A DNA stretch of 54,102 bases, from assembly GCA_036514675.1 (NCBI GenBank), contig DATBWS010000003.1, positions 1 to 54,102 on the forward strand, read 5' to 3'. Of this stretch, positions 18,877 through 28,408 are shown piece by piece. This DNA comes from Candidatus Hydromicrobium sp. Lineage in GTDB: Bacteria; Actinomycetota; Humimicrobiia; Humimicrobiales; Humimicrobiaceae. A program made the translations under genes and the position numbers. Within the stretch, counting starts at the first letter, position 1. Each line of letters starts with the position of its first letter. The notes below the pieces were generated by a model. The model saw only the letters and a list, made by a program, of their open reading frames with translations. It did no database searches and was not told the origin of the DNA.

Positions 18877-20205
18877 ATGTTTGAGCTGCTGACAACCAAG
18901 TTTGAGAATTTATTTTATAAAATAAGAAATAAAGGGAAATTAAGCCCCAATGACCTGGACGATGCTTTAAGGGAGATCAAACTGGCCCTGCTGGAAGCCG
19001 ATGTGAATTTTAAAGTAGTCAAAGAATTCTTAGAGAACGTAAAAGCAAAGTCAATAGGTGAAAATATATTGGAAAGTTTGACCCCTTATCAACACGTGGT
19101 AAAAATAGTAAATGAAGAGATTACGAGAATGCTGGGCTCAACAAGCAGCGGTGTTATTTTTGCTTCTAAGGGACCTACAATTATAATGACTGTCGGACTT
19201 CAGGGCACCGGAAAAACTTCAGCTGTCATTAAATTAGCTAATTTTTTAAAGAATAAATTCCAGAAAAAAGTATCTATTGTTGCTGCAGATATATACCGGC
19301 CCGCTGCGGTGTTGCAGCTTGAGGACATGGCGAAAAATATAAATGTAGATGTTTATTCTGAAAATAATTCGGACCCGGTATCCATATCGGTAAAAGGAAT
19401 AGCATTATTTAAAAAATCCGGAAGCGATGTAATTATAATCGATACTGCCGGAAGATTGCATGTTGATGAAAATATGATGAATGAGATTGTAAATATCAGA
19501 AATAAAGTAAGTCCGCATCAGATATATCTGGTATTGGACGCTATGACCGGGCAGGAAGCTGTAAACATTGCCTCCACCTTTAACCAGAAAGTTGAATGTG
19601 ATGGAATAATCCTGACTAAATTGGACAGTGACACCAGAGGAGGTGCAGCGCTCTCAGTTTATTATATGGTTAAAAAGCCGGTAAAATTTGTATCCAATGG
19701 AGAGAAAATCGAGGATTTTGATATATTTTACCCGGACAGGATAGCTTCCAGAATATTAGGAATGGGCGATATCCTGACTCTGGTTGAAAAGGCGGAAAAA
19801 GTAGTCAGCGAAAAAGAGGCAAGGAGAATCGAAAAAAAGATTTATAAAAATGAGTTAAATTTCGAAGATTTTATCGGCCAGCTGAGGAGTATAAAAAAAA
19901 TGGGATCATTGGATAAGATATTTTCGATGATGCCGATAGCCAATAAAAGTAAAATATTTAAAAAAGTAAATTTAGATGATTCTTATCTGTCTCATATAGA
20001 AGCCATAATTAATTCTATGACTGTGGAGGAGAGGAGAAAACCGCACATAATTAACGGAAACAGGAAAAAAAGGATAGCAAGGGGGAGCGGAAGTTCCGTA
20101 TCAGAAGTGAATAAACTGCTTGTACAATTCAGTAAAACCAAGCAAATGTTGAAACAATTTTCAGGGTCAAAGGGGAAATTCAATCTGCCTCTTGGTAATT
20201 TGTAG
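18877..20205 (+). CDS. ffh: Signal recognition particle protein Ffh
   Basis: GLQGTGKTS, DTAGR, TKLDSDTRGG. C-terminal M domain. Confidence 0.95.
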   Translation: MFELLTTKFENLFYKIRNKGKLSPNDLDDALREIKLALLEADVNFKVVKEFLENVKAKSIGENILESLTPYQHVVKIVNEEITRMLGSTSSGVIFASKGPTIIMTVGLQGTGKTSAVIKLANFLKNKFQKKVSIVAADIYRPAAVLQLEDMAKNINVDVYSENNSDPVSISVKGIALFKKSGSDVIIIDTAGRLHVDENMMNEIVNIRNKVSPHQIYLVLDAMTGQEAVNIASTFNQKVECDGIILTKLDSDTRGGAALSVYYMVKKPVKFVSNGEKIEDFDIFYPDRIASRILGMGDILTLVEKAEKVVSEKEARRIEKKIYKNELNFEDFIGQLRSIKKMGSLDKIFSMMPIANKSKIFKKVNLDDSYLSHIEAIINSMTVEERRKPHIINGNRKKRIARGSGSSVSEVNKLLVQFSKTKQMLKQFSGSKGKFNLPLGNL

Positions 20206-20218
20206 ATAAAAAAATGTT

Positions 20219-20246
20219 TTGCAAGTTTTATAGAAAAATATATAAT
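20219..20246 (+). promoter_or_regulatory. Putative promoter of the rpsP-rplS cluster
   Basis: TTGCAA (20219-20224), 16-nt spacer, TATAAT (20241-20246). Confidence 0.5.
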
Positions 20247-20290
20247 TATGAAAGCGTAAAACTATCTATTAGGAATTTGGAGGTTACAGG

Positions 20291-20536
20291 TTGAGTGTAA
20301 AGATAAGACTGACCAGAATGGGTTCAAAAAAGCAGCCTTTTTATAGAATTGTAGTAGCAGATATCAGGTCACCGAGAGATGGGAGGTTCATTGAAAAAAT
20401 AGGCATATACGACCCTAAAAGTGATCCATCCAGAATAGAAGTGGATAGAGATAAGGCTCTTAACTGGATAAAGAACGGTGCAAAACCTACAGATACAGTT
20501 CAAAAACTTTTTGATAAGATTGGTTTAAAGAAGTAG
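20291..20536 (+). CDS. rpsP: 30S ribosomal protein S16
   Basis: [23 protein letters not shown] signature. TTG start after GGAGG. Confidence 0.95.
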   Translation: MSVKIRLTRMGSKKQPFYRIVVADIRSPRDGRFIEKIGIYDPKSDPSRIEVDRDKALNWIKNGAKPTDTVQKLFDKIGLKK

Positions 20537-20564
20537 TTATTACAATTTAGACTGGAGGTAAATA

Positions 20565-20798
20565 GTGAAAGAACTACTGGAGTACATGGTAAAAGAGCTG
20601 GTTGACAGCCCGGACAATGTTGAAATCACAGAAGAGGAGGAAGATGACAAAACAGTAATTTTCAAGCTTAATGTAGCCGAAGAGGATCTGGGAAAAGTAA
20701 TCGGGAAAAAAGGAAGAACCGCAAATGCTCTAAGGGTCATAATGAGAGCTGCATCTGCTAAAAGAGGGAAATCCTCTATTGTAAAAATTATGGATTGA
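20565..20798 (+). CDS. KH domain RNA-binding protein (YlqC family)
   Basis: VIGKKGRTANALR GXXG KH motif. Conserved rpsP-KH-rimM position. GTG start. Confidence 0.8.
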   Translation: MKELLEYMVKELVDSPDNVEITEEEEDDKTVIFKLNVAEEDLGKVIGKKGRTANALRVIMRAASAKRGKSSIVKIMD

Positions 20799-20848
20799 TA
20801 ATTTAATATATAAATACAGATAGATCTATTTTAAACAGGCATTAGTAA

Positions 20849-21403
20849 ATGTCAGAAGTAAATGTAGATGCAAGGTTAATTGGGATAATCGGTAAGCCGC
20901 ATGGAATAAAAGGAGAAACAGTTATAATGTTGCTTACCGATTATCCCAAAACTGTTAAAAAGGGAGACGTACTTTTTTTTGACGAAAAATGTATACAAAA
21001 AGCAGAAGTCGAAAATATCAGGTGGAAGAAAACAGAAAAGCCTCAAACTTTGATAATCAAATTTAAAGGTGTAGACAGTAGAAGCGATGCCGAGGATTTA
21101 AAAGGCATAAGTGTCTACCGCAGCATAAAAGACGGCCCCGTGCTGGAAGAAAACCAATACTGGATAGATGATATAATAGGCTGTGCGGTTTATACAAAAG
21201 GCGATATCTTTGTTGGCAAAGTAATAAATGTGGAAAGATCTACTGCCAATGATAATTTAAATGTTAGAATAGAGAACAGGGATTTGAATATAGAATGCAT
21301 GGCCGGCAATATTTTTTATATTCCTATTATTGAAAATTATATCGATAGAATAGATTTAAAAAACAAGAAGATAATATTAAAAAAAATTCCGGAATACATC
21401 TAA
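20849..21403 (+). CDS. rimM: 16S rRNA processing protein RimM
   Basis: GKPHGIKGE motif near the N-terminus. PRC barrel C-terminal half. Upstream of trmD. Confidence 0.85.
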   Translation: MSEVNVDARLIGIIGKPHGIKGETVIMLLTDYPKTVKKGDVLFFDEKCIQKAEVENIRWKKTEKPQTLIIKFKGVDSRSDAEDLKGISVYRSIKDGPVLEENQYWIDDIIGCAVYTKGDIFVGKVINVERSTANDNLNVRIENRDLNIECMAGNIFYIPIIENYIDRIDLKNKKIILKKIPEYI

Positions 21404-21443
21404 AATTATTATTTTTTCATTTTTAAAGTCTTTCATTTGGAAA

Positions 21444-22145
21444 ATGCTAAAAATAGATATTATAACCATTTTCCCAAAAATATTTGATAATTTCATTGAA
21501 TTTGGGATTATAAAGGAAGCTTTTAAAAAAAATATCTGCCGGCTGAATATCTATAATTTAAGAGATTTTTCTGACTATAAACAGGGTAAGGTTGACGATA
21601 GACCTTACGGCGGAGGACCGGGCATGGTATTAATGCCGGAGCCAATAGACAACGCCATTACTTTTATTAAAAAAAGGAATAAAATTAAAAATAAGGAAAG
21701 ACAAAAAGTAGTACTGCTTTCTCCCAGCGGAGAAAAGTTGAATCAGAATAGGTTAAAATATATGTCAGGTCTTGAAAATATAATACTTATCTGCGGAAGG
21801 TATGAGGGGATTGACGAAAGAGTAATGGAGCATCTGGTAGATTTTGAGATCTCTATAGGCGATTATGTACTCTCCGGCGGAGAAATCCCGGCAATGGTTA
21901 TAGTAGACGGGGCAATAAGATTGTTACCGGGTGTAGTGGGGAAAGAAGAATCTTTAAAATCGGAATCTTTTGAAAAAAATCTGCTTGATTATCCCCAGTA
22001 TACAAGGCCACCGGTTTTTAAAGGAATGGCTGTTCCTGAAATTCTTTTGAGCGGAAACCATAAAGATATAGAGAAATGGAGAAAAGAAAAGTCAATGGAA
22101 ATGACCAGAACAAGGAGACCGGATTTATTTGACAAAGACAGTTAA
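21444..22145 (+). CDS. trmD: tRNA (guanine37-N1)-methyltransferase
   Basis: GRYEGIDERV and YVLSGGE motifs. rimM-trmD-rplS order. Confidence 0.95.
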   Translation: MLKIDIITIFPKIFDNFIEFGIIKEAFKKNICRLNIYNLRDFSDYKQGKVDDRPYGGGPGMVLMPEPIDNAITFIKKRNKIKNKERQKVVLLSPSGEKLNQNRLKYMSGLENIILICGRYEGIDERVMEHLVDFEISIGDYVLSGGEIPAMVIVDGAIRLLPGVVGKEESLKSESFEKNLLDYPQYTRPPVFKGMAVPEILLSGNHKDIEKWRKEKSMEMTRTRRPDLFDKDS

Positions 22146-22203
22146 ATTAATTATATTTGTTTGGTTCTAATTAGAATGAAAAAGAGACAGGCTGGAGAAT
22201 AAA

Positions 22204-22545
22204 ATGAATAAACTGGATAAGATACAAAGTAAATATATAAAGACTGATATACCTGAATTTAGTCCGGGGGACAAAATAAAAGTTAAGATAAAAATTAGTG
22301 AAGAGAATAAGGACAGAATTCAGATCTTTGAAGGAATCGTAATAGGGATTAAAGGCTCTGGAATCAATAAGACATTTACAGTAAGAAAGATCTCTTTTAA
22401 TAATGTAGGCGTTGAAAGGACATTTCTTCTAAATTCACCTGTAATTCAGTCTATCGAAAGAATCGGCGAAGGCCTGGTAAGAAGAGCTAAACTATATTAC
22501 CTCAGGGATACAATCGGTAAAAAATCAAAAATTAAGTTTAAATAA
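22204..22545 (+). CDS. rplS: 50S ribosomal protein L19
   Basis: FSPGDKIKV..RIQIFEGIVIG..FTVRK L19 signature. Confidence 0.95.
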   Translation: MNKLDKIQSKYIKTDIPEFSPGDKIKVKIKISEENKDRIQIFEGIVIGIKGSGINKTFTVRKISFNNVGVERTFLLNSPVIQSIERIGEGLVRRAKLYYLRDTIGKKSKIKFK

Positions 22546-22557
22546 ATTGACAAACAT

Positions 22558-23115
22558 TTGGTTTTTACATTAATGCCTCTTGAAAATAAACAGGTTAATA
22601 CCAGAAAAAGAAAAATTATTAAAGAATTTTTGGTATACACTGTTATTATTTTGGCCGCAGTAATATCAGCCACTTTAATTAGAATTTTTATATTTGAACC
22701 TTTTATTGTTCCTACACCCTCAATGGAACCAATATTGGAAGTAGGAGATAAAGTAATAATTAACAAGCTGGCATATAAATTTGGCCGTGTTGAAAGAGGA
22801 GATATCATAGCATTTCATTCTCCGATAGAAAAAAAGGATCTTGTTAAAAGAGTGATTGCTGTAGAGGGGGATGAAATTACTCTAACCAGCGAAGGTGAGA
22901 TTTTTGTAAATGGTGAAAAAATTGTTGAAAATTATCTGCCGGCCGATCAAAATATTTTTTATATAAACCAGACCGTAACTGTTGGTGAAAATGAAGTATT
23001 TGTAATGGGGGATAACAGAAATAATAGTTTTGACAGCAGATTTTTTGGAACAATTTCGGAAGATGATATATTCGGAGAATTTGTCATAGTTTACTGGCCT
23101 CCGTCCAGGTGGTAA
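22558..23115 (+). CDS. lepB: Signal peptidase I
   Basis: N-terminal TM segment. Catalytic Ser box PSMEPIL, Lys box KRVIAVEGD, GDNRNNSFDSR box. Start may be ATG 22573. Confidence 0.85.
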   Translation: MVFTLMPLENKQVNTRKRKIIKEFLVYTVIILAAVISATLIRIFIFEPFIVPTPSMEPILEVGDKVIINKLAYKFGRVERGDIIAFHSPIEKKDLVKRVIAVEGDEITLTSEGEIFVNGEKIVENYLPADQNIFYINQTVTVGENEVFVMGDNRNNSFDSRFFGTISEDDIFGEFVIVYWPPSRW

Positions 23116-23128
23116 TTTTTTTAGCACT

Positions 23129-23752
23129 ATGGAGTTCAAAGAAATAAAAAGATTGATGGATTTATGCAATTACGAAGATGATCTGTATATTGCAGGTTAT
23201 GAAAGAATAGCCGGAGTTGATGAAGTGGGAAGAGGATCACTGGCCGGTCCTCTGGTTGCTGTAGCTGTTATCCTGGACAAGAAAAAGCTAATAATAGAAG
23301 ATATAAATGACTCCAAGAAGCTGACTGCAGATAAAAGGAAATATATTTTTAAAAAAGTAATTAGAAGCTGCCTGTGCTGGTCAATAGCAAAAATCCCTCC
23401 TGATGAAATCGATAAACTGTCAATAACCAAAGCGAATGCACTTGCATTTAAAAAAGCAATTGGCGCCTTAAAAATAAAACCGGATATTATTTTGTCTGAT
23501 TATATCAGTACGGATTTGGGTATCAAATATTTACCTATTGTTAATGGTGATGGTCTCAGTGTCTCTGTTGCTGCCGCTTCAATAATTGCTAAGGTGATTA
23601 GAGATCAGATAATGTTTAAGTTCTCCAGGTATTATCCCGAATATGGATTTGAACATAATAAGGGTTACGGCACCAGGAAGCATTTAAAATCCCTTCAAAA
23701 ATATGGGCCGACATTTATTCATAGAGTATCTTTCAGAGGTGTTTTAAGTTAG
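23129..23752 (+). CDS. rnhB: Ribonuclease HII
   Basis: GVDEVGRGSLAGPL active-site motif. 207 aa. Confidence 0.9.
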   Translation: MEFKEIKRLMDLCNYEDDLYIAGYERIAGVDEVGRGSLAGPLVAVAVILDKKKLIIEDINDSKKLTADKRKYIFKKVIRSCLCWSIAKIPPDEIDKLSITKANALAFKKAIGALKIKPDIILSDYISTDLGIKYLPIVNGDGLSVSVAAASIIAKVIRDQIMFKFSRYYPEYGFEHNKGYGTRKHLKSLQKYGPTFIHRVSFRGVLS

Positions 23753-23768
23753 CAGTCTTAATAAAAAA

Positions 23769-24182
23769 ATCATAGGGAAAGCAGGGGAATTTATTGCCCA
23801 AAAATACCTGGAAGAAGAAGGATATTTTGTTTTGGAAAAAAATTATAGGAGTAGATACGGCGAAATAGATATAATTGCTAGAAAGGGTAGAAATTTAATT
23901 TTTGCGGAGGTTAAAACCAGGACCAATCTGGAATATGGAGACCCGCTGGAAGCTGTGAATAGATTAAAAATGGCCAGGATAAAAAAAGTAGCCAGTTTAT
24001 ATATCGCGAGTAATAAACTTTCGGTATATAGTCCCGGCTTTAATGTTATTTCTATAATCATAAGTAGAAGTCTTATTGAAGAGATAGCAATAAAAGAAAG
24101 TACACTGCAAGCGATAACCTCATTAAGTCCTTTAAAAGGTAGCAAAGACCTGAAGATCGAACATATAGAGAATGCCTTTTGA
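23769..24182 (+). CDS. yraN: YraN family endonuclease-like protein (UPF0102), apparent non-canonical start
   Basis: The frame is open from 23748 and encodes GKAGEFIAQKYLEEEGYFVLEKNYRSRYGEIDIIA, the family N-terminal consensus, upstream of the first TTG (23832). The only candidate starts are ATC 23769 and ATA 23772. Confidence 0.65.
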   Translation: MIGKAGEFIAQKYLEEEGYFVLEKNYRSRYGEIDIIARKGRNLIFAEVKTRTNLEYGDPLEAVNRLKMARIKKVASLYIASNKLSVYSPGFNVISIIISRSLIEEIAIKESTLQAITSLSPLKGSKDLKIEHIENAF

Positions 24183-24335
24183 AAAGTTAATCTGAAGGCC
24201 CGGCTTATATGACGTGAAAAAAGGCCTAAAGTATAATATTATAGCTAGTAGAAGCATTATTACATTGCTATAATATAAGTAGCAATGAAAGAATATAAAT
24301 ATTTTATAGATTATTTTAAAAAATAGGCTATAACA

Positions 24336-26729
24336 ATGATAAAAGAAGTTATGGAAAGTAAAATGGATAATGATAAAATGCGGCAGAAATTGGAAGATTT
24401 TGAACTTATTAATTCTGTAAATATTGCTGTGAACCGTGGTGATAGTTTAAATAAAATAATTGAACTTGTATCCATAAAAACCAGAAAGTTTTTTTCAAGC
24501 TTCGGGGCAACGGTGTACCTTCTCAGCGAAGATAGAAAGTATCTGATAATGCAAAAACTTAATCTTCCGTCAGTTGTAAAAAAAAGCATAGAAAGTTTGA
24601 TCAGAGTAAAAATAACCACGGTAAAAATTCTTCTTGGGGAAAAAAGTCATTATTATAAAATACTTAAAGGAAAAAAACCTCAAGTTATAAATGACAATAT
24701 CAAAATAAAAGAGCTGCTGGGGGAATTTGCGGAGACCATACCCGAGAATCGGAAAGTAATGAGAGCAATAATTAAAAAACTTATACCGGAGATTTATAAA
24801 ATTTTAAGTATAAAGTCGGTTATGATCGTTCCGCTTGTTACGGGAGGTAAGGTTTTAGGGCTGATGGATATTTCCGGAAGAAAACCTTTTGAAAGTTTTG
24901 ATCTGGAAAGAATTAGTGCTATTTCGGGGCAGCTGGCTATCGCAATTAATAGAAAGCAAACAGAAGATAATCTAAGATTTATATTTGAAGAAATAAAGAC
25001 AAGTGAAAATAGATTTAAAGAATTATTTGAACATATAAGTAGTGGTGTAGCAGTCTATGAAGTTAGAGATGATGGGAATGATTTCATTTTCAAAGATATT
25101 AACAGAGCTGGAGAAAGAATTGATAAAATTAAAAAAAAGGATGTTATAGGAAAAAGTATTTTGAAATTGTTTCCAGAAATAAAGAATTTTGGAGTTTTTG
25201 ATGTTTTTAAAAGGGTCTACAAAACCGGTAAGCCTGAAGAACACCCCATATCTTTTTACAGGGATAATAGGATTTCCGGTTGGAGGCGTAATTATATCTA
25301 TAAACTGCCTTCAGGTGAAATAGTGTCTGTATTTGATGATAGAACCAGGCAGAAACAAGCAGAAGAATTATTAAAAATAAGTGAAGAGTTCGCTTCTAGT
25401 CTGATGAAGAATTCTCCCACTCCTATTATGGTCTTGAATGCAGATTATTCTCTGAGGTATATGAACCCTGCATTTGAAAAATTGATAGGTTATAAATTAA
25501 GTAGTATGGTTGGCAAAAAACCACCTTATCCATGGTGGGAAAAAGAAATGCGCAAAAAAAGTGATGAAATTCTTAAAGAAATATCTAAAAAAAGAGTTTA
25601 CTATTACTCTACATTATTTCTAACTAAAGATGGAAAAACCAGGTATTTAGATGTTATATCAACTCCTATAAAGAAAAATGGGAAATTAAAGTATATAATG
25701 GGAATTGGTACAGATATAACAGAACGAAAAAAAACAGAAGAAGAAATAGTTAAAAGTGAAAGAAATCTCAAAGAAGCACAGAGTATTGCTCATATAGGAT
25801 CTTTTAATTGGAATTTAGTAACTAATGAGATATCTATGTCGGATGAAGTTTATAGAATTCTAAAGATTAATCCTAAAATATTTGATAGAAATTTTAATAC
25901 CATTATAAATTTATTCCATCCGGATGATAAAGAATTTGCACTGGAAGCTATAAATGATGCATTAAAAAATAAAAAGCTAGTAGATATAGAACACAAGATG
26001 TTATTAGGAGATAAGCAAGAAATTTTTGTTGGTATAAAAGCTAAACCTTTTTATGATGAATCAAATAAACCCTATAAGTTTATGGGGACTATGATGGATA
26101 TAACTGAACGGAAAAGAGCAGAAGAAGAGCTAATCAATAGCAGAGAGAGACTTGAAGAGACCCTTAATGGTGCTATAAATACTCTGGCAGCAATAGTAGA
26201 AACAAAAGATCCTTATACTTATGGTCATCAGCAAAGGGTATGTAAGTTAGCCACGACTATAGCAAAGGAGCTAAACTTAGAAGAGAATAGAATAGAAGCT
26301 ATAAGAGTATCAGCACTAATTCACGATATAGGAAAAGTGAACATACCTGCTTCAATTCTGTCAAAAGCCGGGAAATTGACTGATATTGAGTTTGATATGA
26401 TAAAAACTCATCCTCAGTTAAGTTATAATATGTTAAAAAATATAAAATTTCCCCTACCTATTGTGGATATTATACTCCAACATCATGAAAAGCTAGATGG
26501 TTCAGGATATCCCAATGGTTTAAAGGGTAAAGACATAATGATTGAAGCAAAAATATTAACTGTGTCTGATGTAGTAGAAGCTATGTCATCTCACAGACCA
26601 TACCGTCCCGCCCTGGGTCTGAATGCGGCAATTGAAGAAATCAGAAAAAATAAAGGTAAATTATATGACCCCGGAATTGTAGATGCCTGTATTAAGATCA
26701 CTAACAGAAAAAGTTTTAAATTCGACTGA
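24336..26729 (+). CDS. Multidomain sensor: GAF plus PAS repeats plus HD-GYP domain (probable c-di-GMP phosphodiesterase)
   Basis: C-terminal HDIGK and HHEKLDGSGYPNGL (HD-GYP signature). Three PAS-like modules, each ending in DITERK-type junctions. N-terminal GAF-like region. Confidence 0.85.
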   Translation: MIKEVMESKMDNDKMRQKLEDFELINSVNIAVNRGDSLNKIIELVSIKTRKFFSSFGATVYLLSEDRKYLIMQKLNLPSVVKKSIESLIRVKITTVKILLGEKSHYYKILKGKKPQVINDNIKIKELLGEFAETIPENRKVMRAIIKKLIPEIYKILSIKSVMIVPLVTGGKVLGLMDISGRKPFESFDLERISAISGQLAIAINRKQTEDNLRFIFEEIKTSENRFKELFEHISSGVAVYEVRDDGNDFIFKDINRAGERIDKIKKKDVIGKSILKLFPEIKNFGVFDVFKRVYKTGKPEEHPISFYRDNRISGWRRNYIYKLPSGEIVSVFDDRTRQKQAEELLKISEEFASSLMKNSPTPIMVLNADYSLRYMNPAFEKLIGYKLSSMVGKKPPYPWWEKEMRKKSDEILKEISKKRVYYYSTLFLTKDGKTRYLDVISTPIKKNGKLKYIMGIGTDITERKKTEEEIVKSERNLKEAQSIAHIGSFNWNLVTNEISMSDEVYRILKINPKIFDRNFNTIINLFHPDDKEFALEAINDALKNKKLVDIEHKMLLGDKQEIFVGIKAKPFYDESNKPYKFMGTMMDITERKRAEEELINSRERLEETLNGAINTLAAIVETKDPYTYGHQQRVCKLATTIAKELNLEENRIEAIRVSALIHDIGKVNIPASILSKAGKLTDIEFDMIKTHPQLSYNMLKNIKFPLPIVDIILQHHEKLDGSGYPNGLKGKDIMIEAKILTVSDVVEAMSSHRPYRPALGLNAAIEEIRKNKGKLYDPGIVDACIKITNRKSFKFD

Positions 26730-26748
26730 TTTTTAAAGTATTGCCAAA

Positions 26749-26780
26749 CTTACCGCGGCTGCCGCAAGAGGTTTTTTTTT
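26749..26780 (+). terminator. Putative intrinsic terminator after the HD-GYP gene
   Basis: GC-rich hairpin core GCGG-ctg-CCGC (26755-26765) with flanking pairs, immediately followed by T9 (26772-26780). Confidence 0.5.
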
Positions 26781-26831
26781 AAACTATCGATATAAGGATA
26801 ATCCCCTCTATTCTCTAAATATTATATGTAA

Positions 26832-26860
26832 TTGACTATATGTGCAATTATATATATAAT
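26832..26860 (+). promoter_or_regulatory. Putative promoter of comM-dprA
   Basis: TTGACT (26832-26837), 17-nt spacer, TATAAT (26855-26860). ATG 26867 lies 7 nt after the -10. Confidence 0.45.
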
Positions 26861-26866
26861 TGTTTT

Positions 26867-28408
26867 ATGTTCTTCAAACTGGACAGTTTCACACTAATTG
26901 GAATTGATGCCATAAGAGTATCTGTAGAAGTTCACCTATCAAGAGGCCTCCCTGAATTCATAATCGTGGGACTGCCGGGTAAAGCCGTAAGTGAATCAAG
27001 GCAGAGAGTAAGATCGGCAGTCATTAACAGTGGATTTGATTTCCCGGTTAAGAAAATAATCGTAAATCTATCACCGGCAGATATAAAAAAAGATGGCTCT
27101 TTTTATGACCTGCCTATAGCGCTTTCGATTCTTGCAGCCAGCGGTCAGATTAAATGCGATATATCCGGAGAGTCCTGTTTTGTAGGAGAATTGTCACTGG
27201 ATGGAAGCGTAAATCCGGTAAAAGGTTTAATTTCCATGGCCGAGCAAGCACAAAGTATAGGTAAAAAATTTTTTTTCGTGCCGTATGAAATTGCCAATCA
27301 GGCTTCTTTTATTTCCAGTCTTAAGATCGTTGCATGCAAAAGTCTGTCTGAAGCTGTAGAGGCACTTGCCGGCGGAGAAAAGATGGAGAAATTTATATGT
27401 AAAGATAAAGATGAGAGTGTTTCAAACAGAAACAGTCATTATAATTTTGATTTTGAAGATGTAAAAGGGCAGCTTAAAGCAAAGAGGGCACTGGAGATAG
27501 CCGTAAGCGGCAGACATAATATCATATTTATAGGCCCTCCAGGGAGCGGCAAGACTATGCTGGCTCAGAGAGCTGTTACTATAATGCCGGACTTAAACCT
27601 GGAGGAATGTATCGAGGTTACAAAAGTTTATAGTTTATATGAAAAGTATGTTAATTACTTAATACAGGAAAGGCCTTTTAGAAATCCTCACCACACCATA
27701 AGCAGAGCGGGGCTTATCGGAGGAGGTATCAATCCAAGACCCGGTGAAATCAGTCTTGCTCACAAGGGTTTGCTGTTTCTGGATGAATTCTCGCAGTTTC
27801 CTAAAAATTTTATAGAGGATTTGAGGCAGCCTCTGGAAAATAAGGAAGTGGTTATTACCAGAAGTCATCTTTCTTACAGCTTTCCCTGCAATTTTATGTT
27901 AATAGTGGCTACTAACCCCTGTTATTGCGGATATTTCGGAGACGAAAGCAGAAAATGCATTTGCAGCCAGAGGGAGATACAAAAATTCTGGAAGAAAATG
28001 TCAGGCCCGGTTATGGATAGAATTGATATGAGAGTCACTGTTGCCAGACTTCCGGAAAGTAGCTTCATAAAGACTGAATGTGGTGAAAGTTCAAATAAGA
28101 TAAAAAACCGTATTGAGAAATGTCTATATATTCAAAATGAGAGATTTAAAGGCAAAAGAATCAGTTACAATTCTGAAATTGGGATAAATATTATTAATGA
28201 ATGGTTAAAAAATGATAAAAAAATAAGGGACCTGATATATACAATTTCAGGAAAATACAATCTAACAGCCAGAGGAACAGTCAGTATCTTAAAAGTCTCC
28301 AGAACTATAGCTGATCTGGAAGAAAGTGACACTATTAAGGAAAATCATATTATCGAAGCTGTTCATTACAGGGTTGGTTATAATTATAGTCCGGAAAGCA
28401 TTTTTTGA
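26867..28408 (+). CDS. comM: Mg-chelatase-like AAA+ protein ComM/YifB
   Basis: The family N-terminus MFFKLDSFTLIGIDAIRVSVEV fits ATG 26867 better than the listed 26840. GPPGSGKTM Walker A, LFLDEF Walker B. Confidence 0.85.
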   Translation: MFFKLDSFTLIGIDAIRVSVEVHLSRGLPEFIIVGLPGKAVSESRQRVRSAVINSGFDFPVKKIIVNLSPADIKKDGSFYDLPIALSILAASGQIKCDISGESCFVGELSLDGSVNPVKGLISMAEQAQSIGKKFFFVPYEIANQASFISSLKIVACKSLSEAVEALAGGEKMEKFICKDKDESVSNRNSHYNFDFEDVKGQLKAKRALEIAVSGRHNIIFIGPPGSGKTMLAQRAVTIMPDLNLEECIEVTKVYSLYEKYVNYLIQERPFRNPHHTISRAGLIGGGINPRPGEISLAHKGLLFLDEFSQFPKNFIEDLRQPLENKEVVITRSHLSYSFPCNFMLIVATNPCYCGYFGDESRKCICSQREIQKFWKKMSGPVMDRIDMRVTVARLPESSFIKTECGESSNKIKNRIEKCLYIQNERFKGKRISYNSEIGINIINEWLKNDKKIRDLIYTISGKYNLTARGTVSILKVSRTIADLEESDTIKENHIIEAVHYRVGYNYSPESIF

